From the NCBI RefSeq assembly GCF_009914755.1, contig NC_060947.1: a stretch of DNA of 64,000 bases; one strand, 5' to 3'. Numbering within the stretch: position 1 is the first letter of the stretch; the number at the start of each line of letters is the position of its first letter. The notes beneath the pieces are model-generated. The model worked only from the letters and a program-made list of their open reading frames with translations, was not told the origin of the DNA and searched no databases. Below, piece after piece: positions 39,561 to 52,574 of this stretch. This DNA is from the human T2T-CHM13v2.0 reference genome, Homo sapiens. The position numbers and the translations under genes were made by a program.

Positions 39561-41999
39561 TCCAGGCTCTATAAAGAGGCCTCTGGGCCTACCTACTTCC
39601 ATGACAGCAAAAGCTAGCAGTTTATAGCTTTTATGCTGACGTTCCACATCTACCATCTTCCACTGCAGATTATTAATTGAGAAACTTGTGTCTTGCCTGA
39701 CTCCTCCCCTTGCCCTTAGATAATTATTTCTCATTATGGGGATTTTTAGTAAAATCTTAAACTGTTTTTCTTAATCTATCTTTTTTCCAGGTTGGGAACA
39801 TGCCAAAAAGAGGAATTATACTGATTTTTTTTTTCTCAGGATTCTCAAGATCTTATAAATCTCACTCTCCAATGTGATTATGGTCACCCAGGAAACAAAA
39901 TTACTGATATTGTTTACCCTCTACTCACTCCTCTCTAACTAACCCTGTCTCAAAACTTATTACTTTACTCTGCCTAGTGAATACCTCATATACAAAGAAA
40001 ATATATTTTAACCTAACACTTTTTTCTTACAATATTTCTTCCTATAAATGCCAAATTATTCCCTAAAGAATTACCACTTGTATTTATTTTTAATACTTGA
40101 AATATCCATTTTAAGTACATTAACCATTTTAATGGTTAGTATTATTTTCTTTCCAACATAAATACAGCTAGCACTAAGAAATTGTGTCCTTGTCAATACA
40201 AACAGACATTCATTACCTGCTTTTGTCCTCCCTGATGCCTCCCTTCTAAACCCTATGGTACTGTAGCCACCACAGCCTAGGTTGAAATGCATACCACTGC
40301 AATGCAATATAAAAATTGCCTGATGTTTCACTTCCTTCTCTGGAATGCCAAAATGTTTTATTTATAATTTTAGCATACGGGGTTGCTACGAAAAAATTAT
40401 AAATGTTGAATTATATTGTAATTTATCCTAATGTAGTTACCACTCAATTAAGATTATGTAATTAAAAATTATTCTGATTGGATCCTAATATATTGGGAAT
40501 CAATGTGTATTATACCTTGCCTATTCAAATAAGAGGCCTAATGTTCTTGGGTAAGTCTGCTTTGCTTAAGGTAGATTTCATGAGAGTCATTCTCAAATCC
40601 ATACTGCTATTCTTGGCCTATTGTTGACAACTCCTCCACAACCTGATTGCTTCTGGTATGGGTTGCTTTCTAAGAGGCCATCCCTTTCCAATCAAAGCTA
40701 AAGGAGATTCTGAGGACATCTACATGGGTTCCAAGCAATTGGAGAAAGTCTTAAGCTATTCCTAAATAGCTAAAGAAAATATCCAGATTATTGGAGAAAG
40801 TTGAGCTTGTGTCCTAAAATATCTGAAAATCTGCCTCTTTCTATATGCTTATTTGTGTTTCTTAAAGAAAAAAAGGCAATTAACAAGTAGGCAGCATGTA
40901 GTAGATCTCAATGACAGTATGAAAAGTGTCATAAAGGTTACTAATAGCTATTAAAGTTGACATGCTTGCAAATTCTGCTGTTTAAAATGAACTAGTCACC
41001 TCAAGTTTATCCCTTCTTAATTGCATTGGGATATATGAGGGAAAAGCACAATTATGGCTAGAACCCAAGGAATTCTTCATTTCCTATGTCCATTGGAGGG
41101 TCATAAGTATGACTATTATACGATCTGTGTGACATGATGCAAGAAAGTATGAATACTATTAATTGAAGGATGTAAGCCCTGACCTAAGAGTCACGAGTCC
41201 TAGGTTCAAATCCTATCTCCATTACTCATGAGTGATGTGTCATTTTACTTCTCCAGGCTTCAGTTTCTTAATCTATATTGTAAGAAGTTATGCAAGATTA
41301 TTATTGGGAATTTTCTTTTTTAATTTTTTCAGTTGACCTCAGGTTCACAGAACTGGATTAGTGATAAGCTTTTGTTCAACACATGCTTATGAAGAATATT
41401 GGGTGAAACCTTCATAGGGTTTACTGGCTTACTGTTGACCTATGTTTTTGATTTGTTAAAATTCTGTCAAGAATATCTTTATCAAGATGAAATGAATCCA
41501 TAATCCAGAAGTGAATCCATAATTCAGAAAATGGCATTTCTACATCATTGTGGCAGTAGTTTTAACTCATTTTTGAAAGTATGGCTGGGCACAATTTTTT
41601 CCAGGTGGAGAAACAAAACTTGTCGACAATCTTCATTTCTGACATTCAAAAACATTTTCTTTTGTAGAGCTACGTAGGTACAATCCCAGGATGCCGATGG
41701 GCATTCCTGGTTTAAAGTACTTAAAAACTTTGTGAAATAAACGTTCATACACAGTCTCCAATCGCTGTTCTTTCATTCTGTCTTGAATCTATTCCAGTTG
41801 GACTTTATCCCTCTGCTCTTGAAAAGGTTCCCATTGACCTATGCCTTGCTAAATCCACTGGTTAAGTGTTGTGGATCATCTTACTCAACCCATCTCTCTC
41901 CCATTCCAAGAAAAAAAAAAATTGCTTTTTAGTTCCAGCCACCACACTCTGCTATTTCACTAACTACTCATCTTCAATAATCTTTGCCAATATTTCCTT

Positions 42000-42400
42000 G
42001 TGGCAGAAATGGCTACAAGTTCATTAAATGCATTTTCTTTTACTTTGGCACACAGTTTGACTACATTTCTCAGTCTCCCTTGAAGTTCCCTGTATCAATC
42101 TAAATGAGATTTATTTTAATGGAAAATTTGCACCATAAACCTGGCCCATAAAATACTCCCACTCATGATCCTCTAAATTTATCTCCCTTCTATCAGCCTG
42201 ATTCCCTGTGATAAAGATGAATATTGTGTCTTTGGAAACCAGGTATTAAAAAGCGTGGAACCATGAGTTAGATACCTTGGGGGGAAAATGTCTCTCCATC
42301 AGTAGCAACCACTTTGAAATTTATGTAAGCAAAAATATAAACTTTAAAAGAGATAGTATTTGCTCCTTAGAGCAACTAGTGTTCACTTTTAACTAATGTG
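42000..42400 (+). mobile_element. Old MLT1 (J/K-like) MaLR LTR
   Basis: 'tgtggcaga...gactacatttctcagtctcccttg...cctggcccataaaa...ctccca...gatcctc', ending 'agcaactagtgtt...taactaat'. Confidence 0.65.
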
Positions 42401-42459
42401 TGCTTTATTTTTCTCATCACTAAACGTTACAGTGCCTCAGGCATTAGTATATGCACCTC

Positions 42460-43470
42460 TTATAATATATATATGATATTTTTAAAGATATTTAGCATTT
42501 GCTTGTTATGGCAACTAGTGCTCATTTAACTAATGTGTACTTTATTTTTCTGACCCCTAAATGTTACAGTGCCTCAGGCATTAGTCCATGTACCTCTTAT
42601 TGGATATATATTATATAATTATACTTACATGTACATAATTATATAATTATAATAAATGTAATTTGTATAATATAAATTATATTAGATATTGACTACATTT
42701 TTCAGTCCCCCTTGCATTTCACTGTAGCCATCTAAATGAATTTTGACCTAACTATATGACAATAATGTTGAAAAGCAATTTTCTGGATTGTAAAGAATAT
42801 AATTGTATAATATATGTAAATAATATATTTATATATAGTTAACTTCATTATGGTTAATATTGTTAATATTATAGTTATAGTTATTTATATAGAGATGGTT
42901 AGACGTTCCTTAAACCCATTTTCCTTTAACTTGGTGCACAGTTTGACTACATTTCTCAAACTCCCTTGCAGTTCACTATATTCATCTAAATGAGTTTTTG
43001 TTAATGGAAAATGTGAATCATAACCCTGGCCCATAAAATACTCCCACTCATGATCCTCTAAAATATATTTCCCTTCTATCAACCTGATGCACTATGATGA
43101 AGATTAATATTGTGTTTTTGGAAGCCAGGTATAATTATCTATTATAATAAATATATATAATTATTATAAATAATTGTATTTCTTATAATTATATAATATA
43201 TAATTATATAATATACAATAAGAGGTACATGGACTAATATATGTATATAAGAGGTGCATATATTATATGCATATGAGGTACATTAGTTCATATAATTATA
43301 CTATATTAGTTGCACTAATATTGCACTAAAAATATAATCATATATTTATATAATATATATTATATAGTTATAATATTATATAGTTATAATTATATATAAT
43401 TATTCTATATTATATAATATATATGATAAGAGGTACATGGACTAATATATATATTCCTATAATATATATT
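42460..43470. repeat. TA-rich low-complexity block containing duplicated and inverted local fragments
   Basis: TA/TAA filler interleaved with copies of 42010-42245 and 42355-42465, and with inverted copies of 42448-42464 and 42580-42602. Confidence 0.9.
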
Positions 43471-46000
43471 TCTCCTTTTATGACCTCATCCAGACTATAC
43501 ATTGAGGACCCACACATTTCTATCTCTAGCCTAGATTTGTCCCCTAGATTTACCTGACATCTCTATTTGAATTAAAAGTTAATTTTTCCAAAATTGAGTT
43601 CCTAGTCACCCTCCTAAATCCTGTTCCTCACACTATTTTTCCCATCTCAGCTATTGGCCACTGTATTCTTCAGTCACAAGGCCAAAACCTTTGGCCTTAA
43701 TCTTGATTTATCTTCCTTAACATCCTCACGTCAAATTTGTCAGCAAATCCTGATGGCTTTACCTTCAAAATATATACAGAATTCAACCTCTCACCATCTC
43801 CATCACTACTACCTTAGTCCCAAAATCATCACTTTTCACCTGGATTACTGTGGTAGTCTTCTAACTGGTCTCATGACTTCCTCTCCTACATCTCTACGTA
43901 TATTTATCAGACAAGAGGGTGATACTCTCAATATGTAAATTATATATTACTCTTTTGCTTAGAAACCTCCAATATTCTCTCATTCCACCAATATCAAAAG
44001 CCAAAGTTCTTACAACAGCCTATGAGGCTACTTAATCTGACCTCCAGTCTTTCTTTCTACTAGTCTCCTTGCTTGCTTTTTTATAACCACAATGACTTCC
44101 TCACTGTTCCCTGAACATACCAAGCCCACTCCTACTCCAAGGCCCTTTGTACTTGCTATTCTCATAGCCTAGAATTTTCTTTCCCAATATATCTGAATAA
44201 TCTCCTCACTTTCTTCAGCTCTTCTGTCAAATGCAAACTTCTCAGGCCAATCCTTACCACTCTAAATAAAATTATAAACCCCACCGCCTGCTCCATGCAC
44301 GTTCTCTATCTGCTGTCTGCTTTATTTTCTTCTGCATCACTTATCACCATTCTATTTAACACTTATTTATACATTCTATTTAACACTTATTTTATTTTTA
44401 CATTCCACCAACTATTAATAGAATGTAAGCTCCACAAGAGCAGAACTCCTGTTCAGCACTTTACTGCCAGCAGCAAGTACAAGCACATAGCAGGTTCACA
44501 ATAAATATGAGTTAAACAAATGCATTTTGCATCACTGCTATCTTCAGTATTGTAATCAGTATCAAGCAGAACTTCTTCCACTATCCACAGATCCATGACC
44601 AAATGTTAAGGCAAGAAGCCATCCCCTTTGGTGTCAATTGCCTGTGTTTCCATGGCAGCCTAGAATCCTCCAGCCACTTAGCAAGGTGGCTTAAAACAGC
44701 TATTTCCCACGCTATTGGAATTGACATCCATCACACAGCTGTGGTATTGTGCTACTCAGGCTGTGGCTCAGGGGTCTGTCCCTAGGTCCGTTGGACTGGC
44801 TGTATTTATCTCCACTAACTTCTATTCAATATCCCGATAGCCTACTTGAGCCTCTGTTACTACGATAAGGGCCAATAAATACCACCATCTTTCTGTCATG
44901 TGCAGGGGTTTTTTCTTCCTTCCTTAGCTACACCTGATTGGTTCTTACAGCAAAGTCTTGAGAGAGCGAGGAGACTCTCATTTTGTTACTTTGTTTGTTC
45001 TCATTTTCATGACCTCTATCCCTTTGTGCTGAAATGTGTAAGTCCATATCTACTTACAGTTTTCTCTTTGGAAATTGATCACTCTCTGTCTGCTTGTGGT
45101 CTACTTTCCCCTAAAACTGTAGACAATCAGCACATTTTATCACTTTCTTGAGTACTGTATTTTGAGTATAAAATAGTCTTAGTAAATGTTTTTATAAAAC
45201 AGAATAATTATATAATATTTAGATTATTCCATGTTTGAGTTCTATGTACATTTAGAAGTCATATTTTCCAACACTTTCATTTTCCAGATGGGGAAACTAA
45301 GTCCCAGAAAAATTTAAACAACTATAGCACGTGTAAAGTGCTTTTACTTAGCATTTGCAAGGTACCTTTGCAAATATTATGTTTCAATAACCCCATGGCG
45401 CAATAGCTATTAGTATCATTTTACATAGAAGGAAACTAGAAACCAGTGCTCTGAAAGGTTGAGTAACTTCCAAATCTCACATACAGCAGAGGTAGGACTC
45501 CTGATCCTGTGCTTTTTTCCATCACACCCTGCTGCTGCTTACACATGCCTCAGAAAAAAAGAGGAGTATTAAGCTCTTAAGTTCGTGGGATGTAACGAGG
45601 GAGAAAGAAGAATTGTGCAGGGAACAGGTTGACCCACAGTGAAATTGATTATTTCTCCTGAAGAGCAGCCTTACTTCTACATCTTTGTCATGGCTCTTCT
45701 GGCAGCTGGTGTGGTGCCGATAAGTTGCTGAGGGCATAGACACAGAGACTAGTTCAGACACAAAGCAGCATGGGTGAGTCCATTGGTCCTTAAAGGAGAC
45801 CTTGTCCCTATGCAGTCTCAGCACTGCCAGTTGGCAGACACAAGTAATGGTCAAGGCCACGCCATGTAACATTTTGTGGATTAGCAAGAAATATTAGAGT
45901 AGCTTTCTATGCTATATGGGGTGTTTGCTCTCTGAATTCTGCAGTCAGAGTAATATACCATGTACCTTTTTAAAATTTTCTTTTTCTCAGATGTTTTATT

Positions 46001-46258
46001 ATTATTTTCTTTTTGAGATGGAGTCTCACTCTGTAGCCCAGGTTGGAGCGCAGTGGCGCGATCTCCGCTCACTTCAAGCTCCGCCTCCAGCTGGGACTAC
46101 AGGCGCCCGCCACCACGCCCGGCTAATTTTTTGTATTTTTAGTAGAGACGGGGTTTCACCGTGTTAGCCAAGATGGTCTCGATCGCCTAACCTCGTGATC
46201 CGCCCGCCTCAGCCTCCCAAAGTGCTGGGATTACAGGCGTGAGCCACCGCGCCCGGCC
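46001..46258 (-). mobile_element. AluY with internal deletion of about 37 bp
   Basis: AluY diagnostics ('aagctccgcctcc', 'accgtgttagcca', 'gatggtctcgatc') and CpG-rich. Perfect TSD agatgttttatt at 45989-46000 and 46259-46270. Confidence 0.93.
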
Positions 46259-47254
46259 AGATGTTTTATTTTTAACACTAAGATGCAGCAAGTTTGAATT
46301 GTAAAGTGTACCTGTGAGTGTATATTATGTATTGCACTACAAGATGTTAAGTTCTGCAAAAACTTGAGTTCAGGTATCAAATCTTCCCAGCCAGCACACT
46401 GTGCTGCTCCTTATGGCAAAATACTCTCTCAGCATGTAGCCTCCAACAACTTGGTAAGAATACCTGAAGTGTTGTCAACAGTGGTTAAATTCTCTACAGA
46501 TTTCTATTTAGCCAAATAGGTCTAATGCAATAAAACTCTCCCTTTTTCATCTTTTCTCACCTAGATTCTGGAAGTTCCAAATGTATTTAGAGATCACATC
46601 AAAGATGCCATTGTTGAGCTGTATTATATTATTTATTGAAGGTACACTATTTAAACTTTGCTATGAAATTCAAGCAATTATCTTACACAAATTTGTAAAT
46701 CCTGCATTTTGCCTTTCCCAGCAGTATCTTTGGCTTATTAAGCGTTTTCATCTGTGAACAAATGTGTTCAACACATAGCATCTTATCAGAGGGTGTGGAT
46801 AAAACAAAGAGATAGTACTTGAGTACTATCTCTGTCTTGTACTAAGCTGTTTCCTACTCAGTTGTGCCTTAGGAAGTTTATCTGGATAATGAGACTAATA
46901 TACCCCCCGAAAAAAAATGTTTAACTGTGTCATAATAAACCAAATGTATATATTTTTATTCAATTAACTTTTCTTCTGTAAACTAAAAATGCAATAGGAA
47001 GAACCACAAAGATGAACTGACCGGTAATTCTTCCCTTCAGAAACAATGACCAGAATTAGATCTTAAGACAAAAATGTATCTTTCATGCTGCTGGCATATG
47101 CTTTTGGGGAATAGAAAAAGGCATGCCAAAGAAACCGGAAGACTTGGGTAACTGTCGTTGCAGAAAATTTTCAAGAAGGAAGCATATTCAGCTATTGATT
47201 TATACAAACAACTTTTCAACTGGTCTTCCTTCTCCTTTGTTCCATTCTCCACAC

Positions 47255-48125
47255 TGGAGCAATCATTTAAGAAATGGAAATATGAAAAATGTAAACCACT
47301 GTGATTCCCTTGCTTAAATTTGTTCAGTGGATTCATATTGCACTTTGGATTAAGTAAAAATTTCTTGACATAACCTAAATAACCTTGAGTAATCTAAACC
47401 CTGATTAATTCTCCAGCCTCAGCCAACACACTCTTCTTTACAACACTCAATATCCCAATCGTAATGAATTAACTTCCACTTGCATATGATGTTGCTTCTG
47501 TTGGAATACTCTTCCTAATGAGCTTCCACCCCTCTTCACCCAGATACCCATCCTATTGTACCCTTTTCCTTGATAGCTCACCACCTTCATTCTTTATGTC
47601 TCAGCTTAGATGTTCATTTAGAAACTTTCCAGACTATGTTAGGTAGCCCTATAATATGGTCTCATGACAGTGTATAAATCCTATATCATAAATCATAGTG
47701 TTTTACAACTGCTTGATTTAAATTTTTAATCTGTTTTGCTAGACTGTGAGCACCTTAAGAGCAGGGACTGTCTTTCATTCACTATTGTAATCGGTTTAAA
47801 ATGGTAGCTAAGAGTGTAGACATTGGAATCACTGCCTCAGTTCAAATCCTTATACCACCCCATTTACCCTGGGAAGGTTACTAGATCTTTTAGTGTCTTA
47901 GTTTCCTCATCCACAAAGTGGCCACACCTACATCAAAAGATTGTTGGGATGATTACATGAATTCATAAATGTAATATGTTTAAAACAATGCTAGGAACAG
48001 AGTTAAGTGTTCAATAAACATTAATTGCTACTTGTTTTTATCCACAATACCTAACACAATGCCTGACACACAGCACTTGCTCAGTAAATGCCTGATGAAT
48101 AAATGAATTCATTAATGAGTAAATA
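47255..48125 (+). mobile_element. L2 3' remnant with a nested MIR (about 47800-48030)
   Basis: 'tagactgtgagcaccttaagagcagggactgtctt', MIR core 'tcttagtttcctcatccacaaagtgg', and L2 end 'gctcagtaaatgcctgatgaataaatgaa'. Confidence 0.65.
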
Positions 48126-48769
48126 AGAAATAAAATTAAGTAGGTCTTATTGCTAACCAGTAAGTTCTGTGAGAGTAAGAACACAACCTATCTCTCTTAA
48201 GATTGAATTATTAGTGCCTAACAGTTTCAGGCACTGTGTAGCTCCTTAATCCCTATGAGTTACCTAAATTCATGAGATGAAGAACTGTGACTTTGTGTGT
48301 AGGTTTATTATAGTTATGGAAAATCATATTCAAATTTCAACAAATAAATTTGCTAAATCAAACAGAAATGTAGAACCCAAATCTTTCCTTGTAAACCATT
48401 GTATTATGTATTTTATTATCATTGGATGAAGAGTTAGATTATAATTGATTCTCAGTGAAACTAGCCAGCAGTATGACTCACAATAAAATAAAAGGCAAAA
48501 AAGAAGAATAAATAAAAAAGACACTCTCACAAAATTCCCTTCTGCTTTTGAAAACATTAAAGGCGTTACTTCCAAAGTGCTACTTTCAAGTGAATACCCC
48601 CACTGATTAGCACAAGTTAGCACTGATGGAAAATGGCTTTGAAAATTGAATTTGAACTTCCCAGCTGAACCATTAGCACTCAGGGGAAGACTAAACAGAA
48701 CTGCTCTTCCCTGCTCAGGCACGCATGAGAAAGAAAGATGCACAATCCTTGACACAGCCTAGCAGAAGA

Positions 48770-49340
48770 CAAACAGGGTTTTGCATTCTAGTGCTACAAC
48801 TTATTAACCTTTTAATCCTGAGGAAGTTACTTGACCTCTCTAAGACTCTGTGTTTTCACCATGTAAAATGGAAATGAGATCAACATTACACTACTGAATT
48901 GTTGTAAGCATTAAATAATATATATGTGGAGTGCATAACATGATACTTGGTACATGGCAGGCACTCAAGAAATAGTAGCTATTTTTGACATTATGGACTT
49001 TAACTGTTGACATCTTAATTTGTTGTCTGGATCATCGGAGTAGTACAGTAGTCATTCACCAAGTGTAGACGCTTAGCGCATTGGCTACATTTTTCAGGAT
49101 AGCATTTCTCTTTAAGCAGCATAGAGAGGCTCTTATGTCATTATATTTGAGTAGGGCATTAGAGTCTTGCCTGTTCTACTTTCTAGTTCTGTGATCTTGG
49201 CCAAGTTACTTATAACCTCTTTGTACCTTAGTTTCCTATTTCATAAGGTGGAGATACTGACGGCATCTAGCTCATAGGGTTGCTTTGAGGTTAAATAAAA
49301 TTGTTTACTGTAGTCCTTAACAGGAGACCCAGCACATTCT
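48770..49340 (+). mobile_element. Two MIR remnants (about 48770-48985 and 49150-49340)
   Basis: MIR cores 'aagttacttgacctctct...tgtaaaatggaaat' and 'tgtgatcttggccaagttactt...ccttagtttcct'. Confidence 0.7.
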
Positions 49341-49606
49341 ACAAACTTAAAAAAAAGTTAGAAATAATAATGACATAAAATACTCATATCTGGCACTTGA
49401 AATCTACTTTATATTCTTTTGGTATAACGCATTGGAGAGTCACATGAAATTATACAGTCATGAGAAGAGTATTCTGAGTATGAAAGAGTGCCTCCATCTA
49501 TTAAGCACCTACTATATCTGAGGTACTCTTCTAGGTGCCTTACAGACATTACTTTAATCCTCACAGCAATGGAGTGTGGTAAACATAATTATCTTCATTT
49601 TTAGAA

Positions 49607-51030
49607 CATATATCCCAACTTCAAATTATACTGCAAGGCTACAGTACTGGTATAAAATAGGCACATAGACCAATGGAAGAGAATAGAGATAGCAGAAATA
49701 AAGTCAAATACTTACAGTCAACTGATCTTCAACAAAGCATAGAAAAACATAAATTGGGGAAAGAACACCCTATTCAATAAATGGTACTGGGAAAACTAGC
49801 AAGCCACATGTAGAAGAATGAACCTGGATTCTCATCTCTCACCTTATACAAAAATCAACTCAAGATGGATCAAAGACTTAAATCTGAGATCTGAAACCAT
49901 AAAATTTCTAGAAGATAACATCTGAAAAAATTCTTCTAGACGTTGGCTTAGGCAAAGAATTCATGACTAAGAACTCACAAGCAAATGCAACAACAACAAC
50001 AAAATAAATGGGACCTAATCAAATTAAAAACTTTCTGCCCAGCAAAAGAAATAATCAGCAGAGTGAACAGAAAATCCACAGAGTAGGGGAAAATATTCAC
50101 AAACTGCATCCAACAAACGACTAATATCCAGATCTACGAGGAACTCAAACAAATTAGCCAGAAAAGAAAACTGAATAATCCCATCCAAAATGGGCAAAGG
50201 ACTTGAATACAATCCTCAAAAGAAGATATGTAAACAGCCAACAAACATTTGAAAAAATACTCAACATCATTAATTATCATGGAAATGCAAATTAAAACCA
50301 CAATGAGATACCACCTTATTGCTGCAAGAATAGCCATAATTTAAAACTCAGAAAATAACAGATGGTGTCATGGATGTGGTGAATAGGTAACACTTTCACA
50401 CTGCTGGTGGGAATGTAAATTTGTTCAACCACTATGAAAAACAGTATGGAGACTCTTTAAAAAACTAAAAGTAGAACTACCATTCTACCTAGCAATCCTA
50501 CTGCTAGGTATCTACAAAAAAGAAAATAAGTCATTATATGAAAAAGATACGGGCACCACACATGTTTTTTTAGCAGCACAATTTGCAATTGCAAAAATGT
50601 GGAACCAGACTAAATGCTCATCAACCAACAAGTGGAAACAGAAAGTATTGTATATATACACCATGGAATACTACTCAGCCATAAACTGGAATGAAATAAT
50701 GGCCTTTGCAGCAACTTGGATGGAGCTAGAGGCCATTAGTCTAAGTGTTGTAACTCAGAAATGGAAAACCAAATATTGTATGTTCTTACTTATTTGTGGG
50801 AGCTAAGCTAGGAGGATGCAAAGACTTAAGAATGACATAATGGACTTTGGGGACTCAGGGGGAAGGGTGGGAGGTAGATGAGAAATGAAAGACTACATAT
50901 TGGGTACAGTGTACACTGCTCAGGTGATACGTGCTCCAAATCTTAGAAATCACCACTAAAGAACATCCATGTAACCAAAACCACTTGTACCCCCAAAAAC
51001 TATTGAAATAAAAATAAAAATAATTTTGAA
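49607..51030 (+). mobile_element. 5'-truncated L1PB (L1PB1-like) inserted in a MIR
   Basis: ORF2 C-terminal remnant and L1PB 3' UTR ('aatggactttggggactcaggggg', 'gggtacagtgtacactgctc', 'gaaatcaccactaaagaac') with A-tail. MIR-like sequence lies on both sides. Confidence 0.88.
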
Positions 51031-52574
51031 ACACATCAAATATTTTAAGAAAGAAATCCAAGACAACACAACTAAGAAATGCAGTAGGAAAAAGAATTGA
51101 GATCTGACCCTAGTTCTGTCTGAGGACAAAGCCTGTGTTCTTTTCACTATATCTTTAATCAAATATTGTGAATCTGTTAACCAGATTAGCTATCTGTCAT
51201 TGATGAGAGAGAGGACTCCTAAAGATGAGACAGAGGACAAGAATGTTCAAGAAGGAAGGAGGAAAAAAACCCTCAAACTTGGCTTGGCCTTAGGCTAGTA
51301 TTATCAAAGGCTCTAGTCTCTGGCACTTTCTCCAGCTGCCTCAAGGTATACAGGTTTTGCTTGTGGTTTTTGGCCCAGGTTTATATTAAATTTTCAGCCT
51401 ATAAAAACTTATTCTAAATCTCAATATCTTAATTTTCTTAGATATTAATAATATGATATTATTATTATTTTAATTTCACTATGTGAAATTTCTGACTTTC
51501 TTTGCTCTGCTTGTTGTCCTAATTTATTTTCTTTTTAATTTATATAGACTTTCCTTTCACTTTTTCATTACATGGCACTTCCTGTTTTCCCCACATTGAC
51601 CTGATTTACTCTCAATACTTGCATTGCTGCTGATAACTGCACATCTCTACCGCGTGGCATTAGGAGAAGAATAACAGCTTCATATGGGGGGCAGAGAGTA
51701 CTATTTAAATGTAGCACGTGGGCAATATGCCTTTATTTTTGTTTTATTTTGTTTTTTTGTTTGCACTATTTCATCTGCTTTTCCATCAGCTCCCTTGCCA
51801 CTGAGGAAGGTATTTTAATTACATTTTTTTTTGTACGTTAGAATCCAAGGTCCACTTCTCCCTTCTTATATTCTAGATGACGAGGCAGATCTGTGTCATC
51901 ATGGGGATAGCCAGACAGAAAATTGCAAAGTTATCCATACTAAATAGATATACAATGAACAAGGTGCCAAAGCAAGGAAGTGACTCAGAAATGTAGCATC
52001 AAGGAAACTGAAATATTTCTGAAAATTCTAGAGCCTGTGAAACTAAATGGCAGACTTGCTCAGGTACTTAGAAAGTAGCCTATCTGAGAATCTCTGAAAA
52101 TGCACAGAGATATGAATATGATGTGCTGTTGTAAAGCCTTTTCCAGTGGAAAAGCTAACAAGATAGTAAAATTTTAAATCTTCTCAGTTGTAAGTCTTGC
52201 CACATAGTGGAATCTTCTCTCTCAAGCCACTTTTGAAGCCAACTTCAGTAGCTCCAAAGGCACTTCAACTTATGTTACAATTCAGGGGAAGAATGTAGAA
52301 AGTTCACATTATTCCCAAATATTCAAACTTCTCCTTCTTCCTTCACCCATGGATCCTACCAGGTTAAATGGTGTTAACAAGCAGAAGAACTAAAGAGACA
52401 AGATGAGGGAACTGCTTTCAAATCCTCAGGAAAGTAGGAGAGCAGATTGAACATTCAGAGTCCGGCGCACCTAGATACATAGCTATTTCAGATTATGGTA
52501 AGACTTGGGAAAAAAAAAAACAATTTAAAAAACAGAGTTATTAAGAGATGCATTCAGCAATTCAGTTATTACAT

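Larger units (their letters stand above)
41770..44522 (+). mobile_element. Long L2a remnant, interrupted by an MLT1 LTR and a rearranged TA-rich block
   Basis: L2-like sequence at 41770-41995. Resumes 'cctaaatgttacagtgcctcagg', then 43470-44522 ('cacatttctatctctagcc', 'cacctggattactg', 'gaatgtaagctccac', 'caataaatat'). Confidence 0.7.

Noticed and set aside
40560-40780. Minus-strand peptide 'IGKGWPLRKQPIPEAIRLW' faintly like a Gypsy pol linker
   Set aside because: It is too short, is bounded by stops and has no supporting RT or integrase motif nearby. It would need an HMM search to support.
41165-41290. tRNA-like B-box 'ggttcaaatcc'
   Set aside because: It is followed by MIR core-like sequence ('cttcagtttcttaatctata'), so it is a tRNA-derived SINE relic with no cloverleaf.
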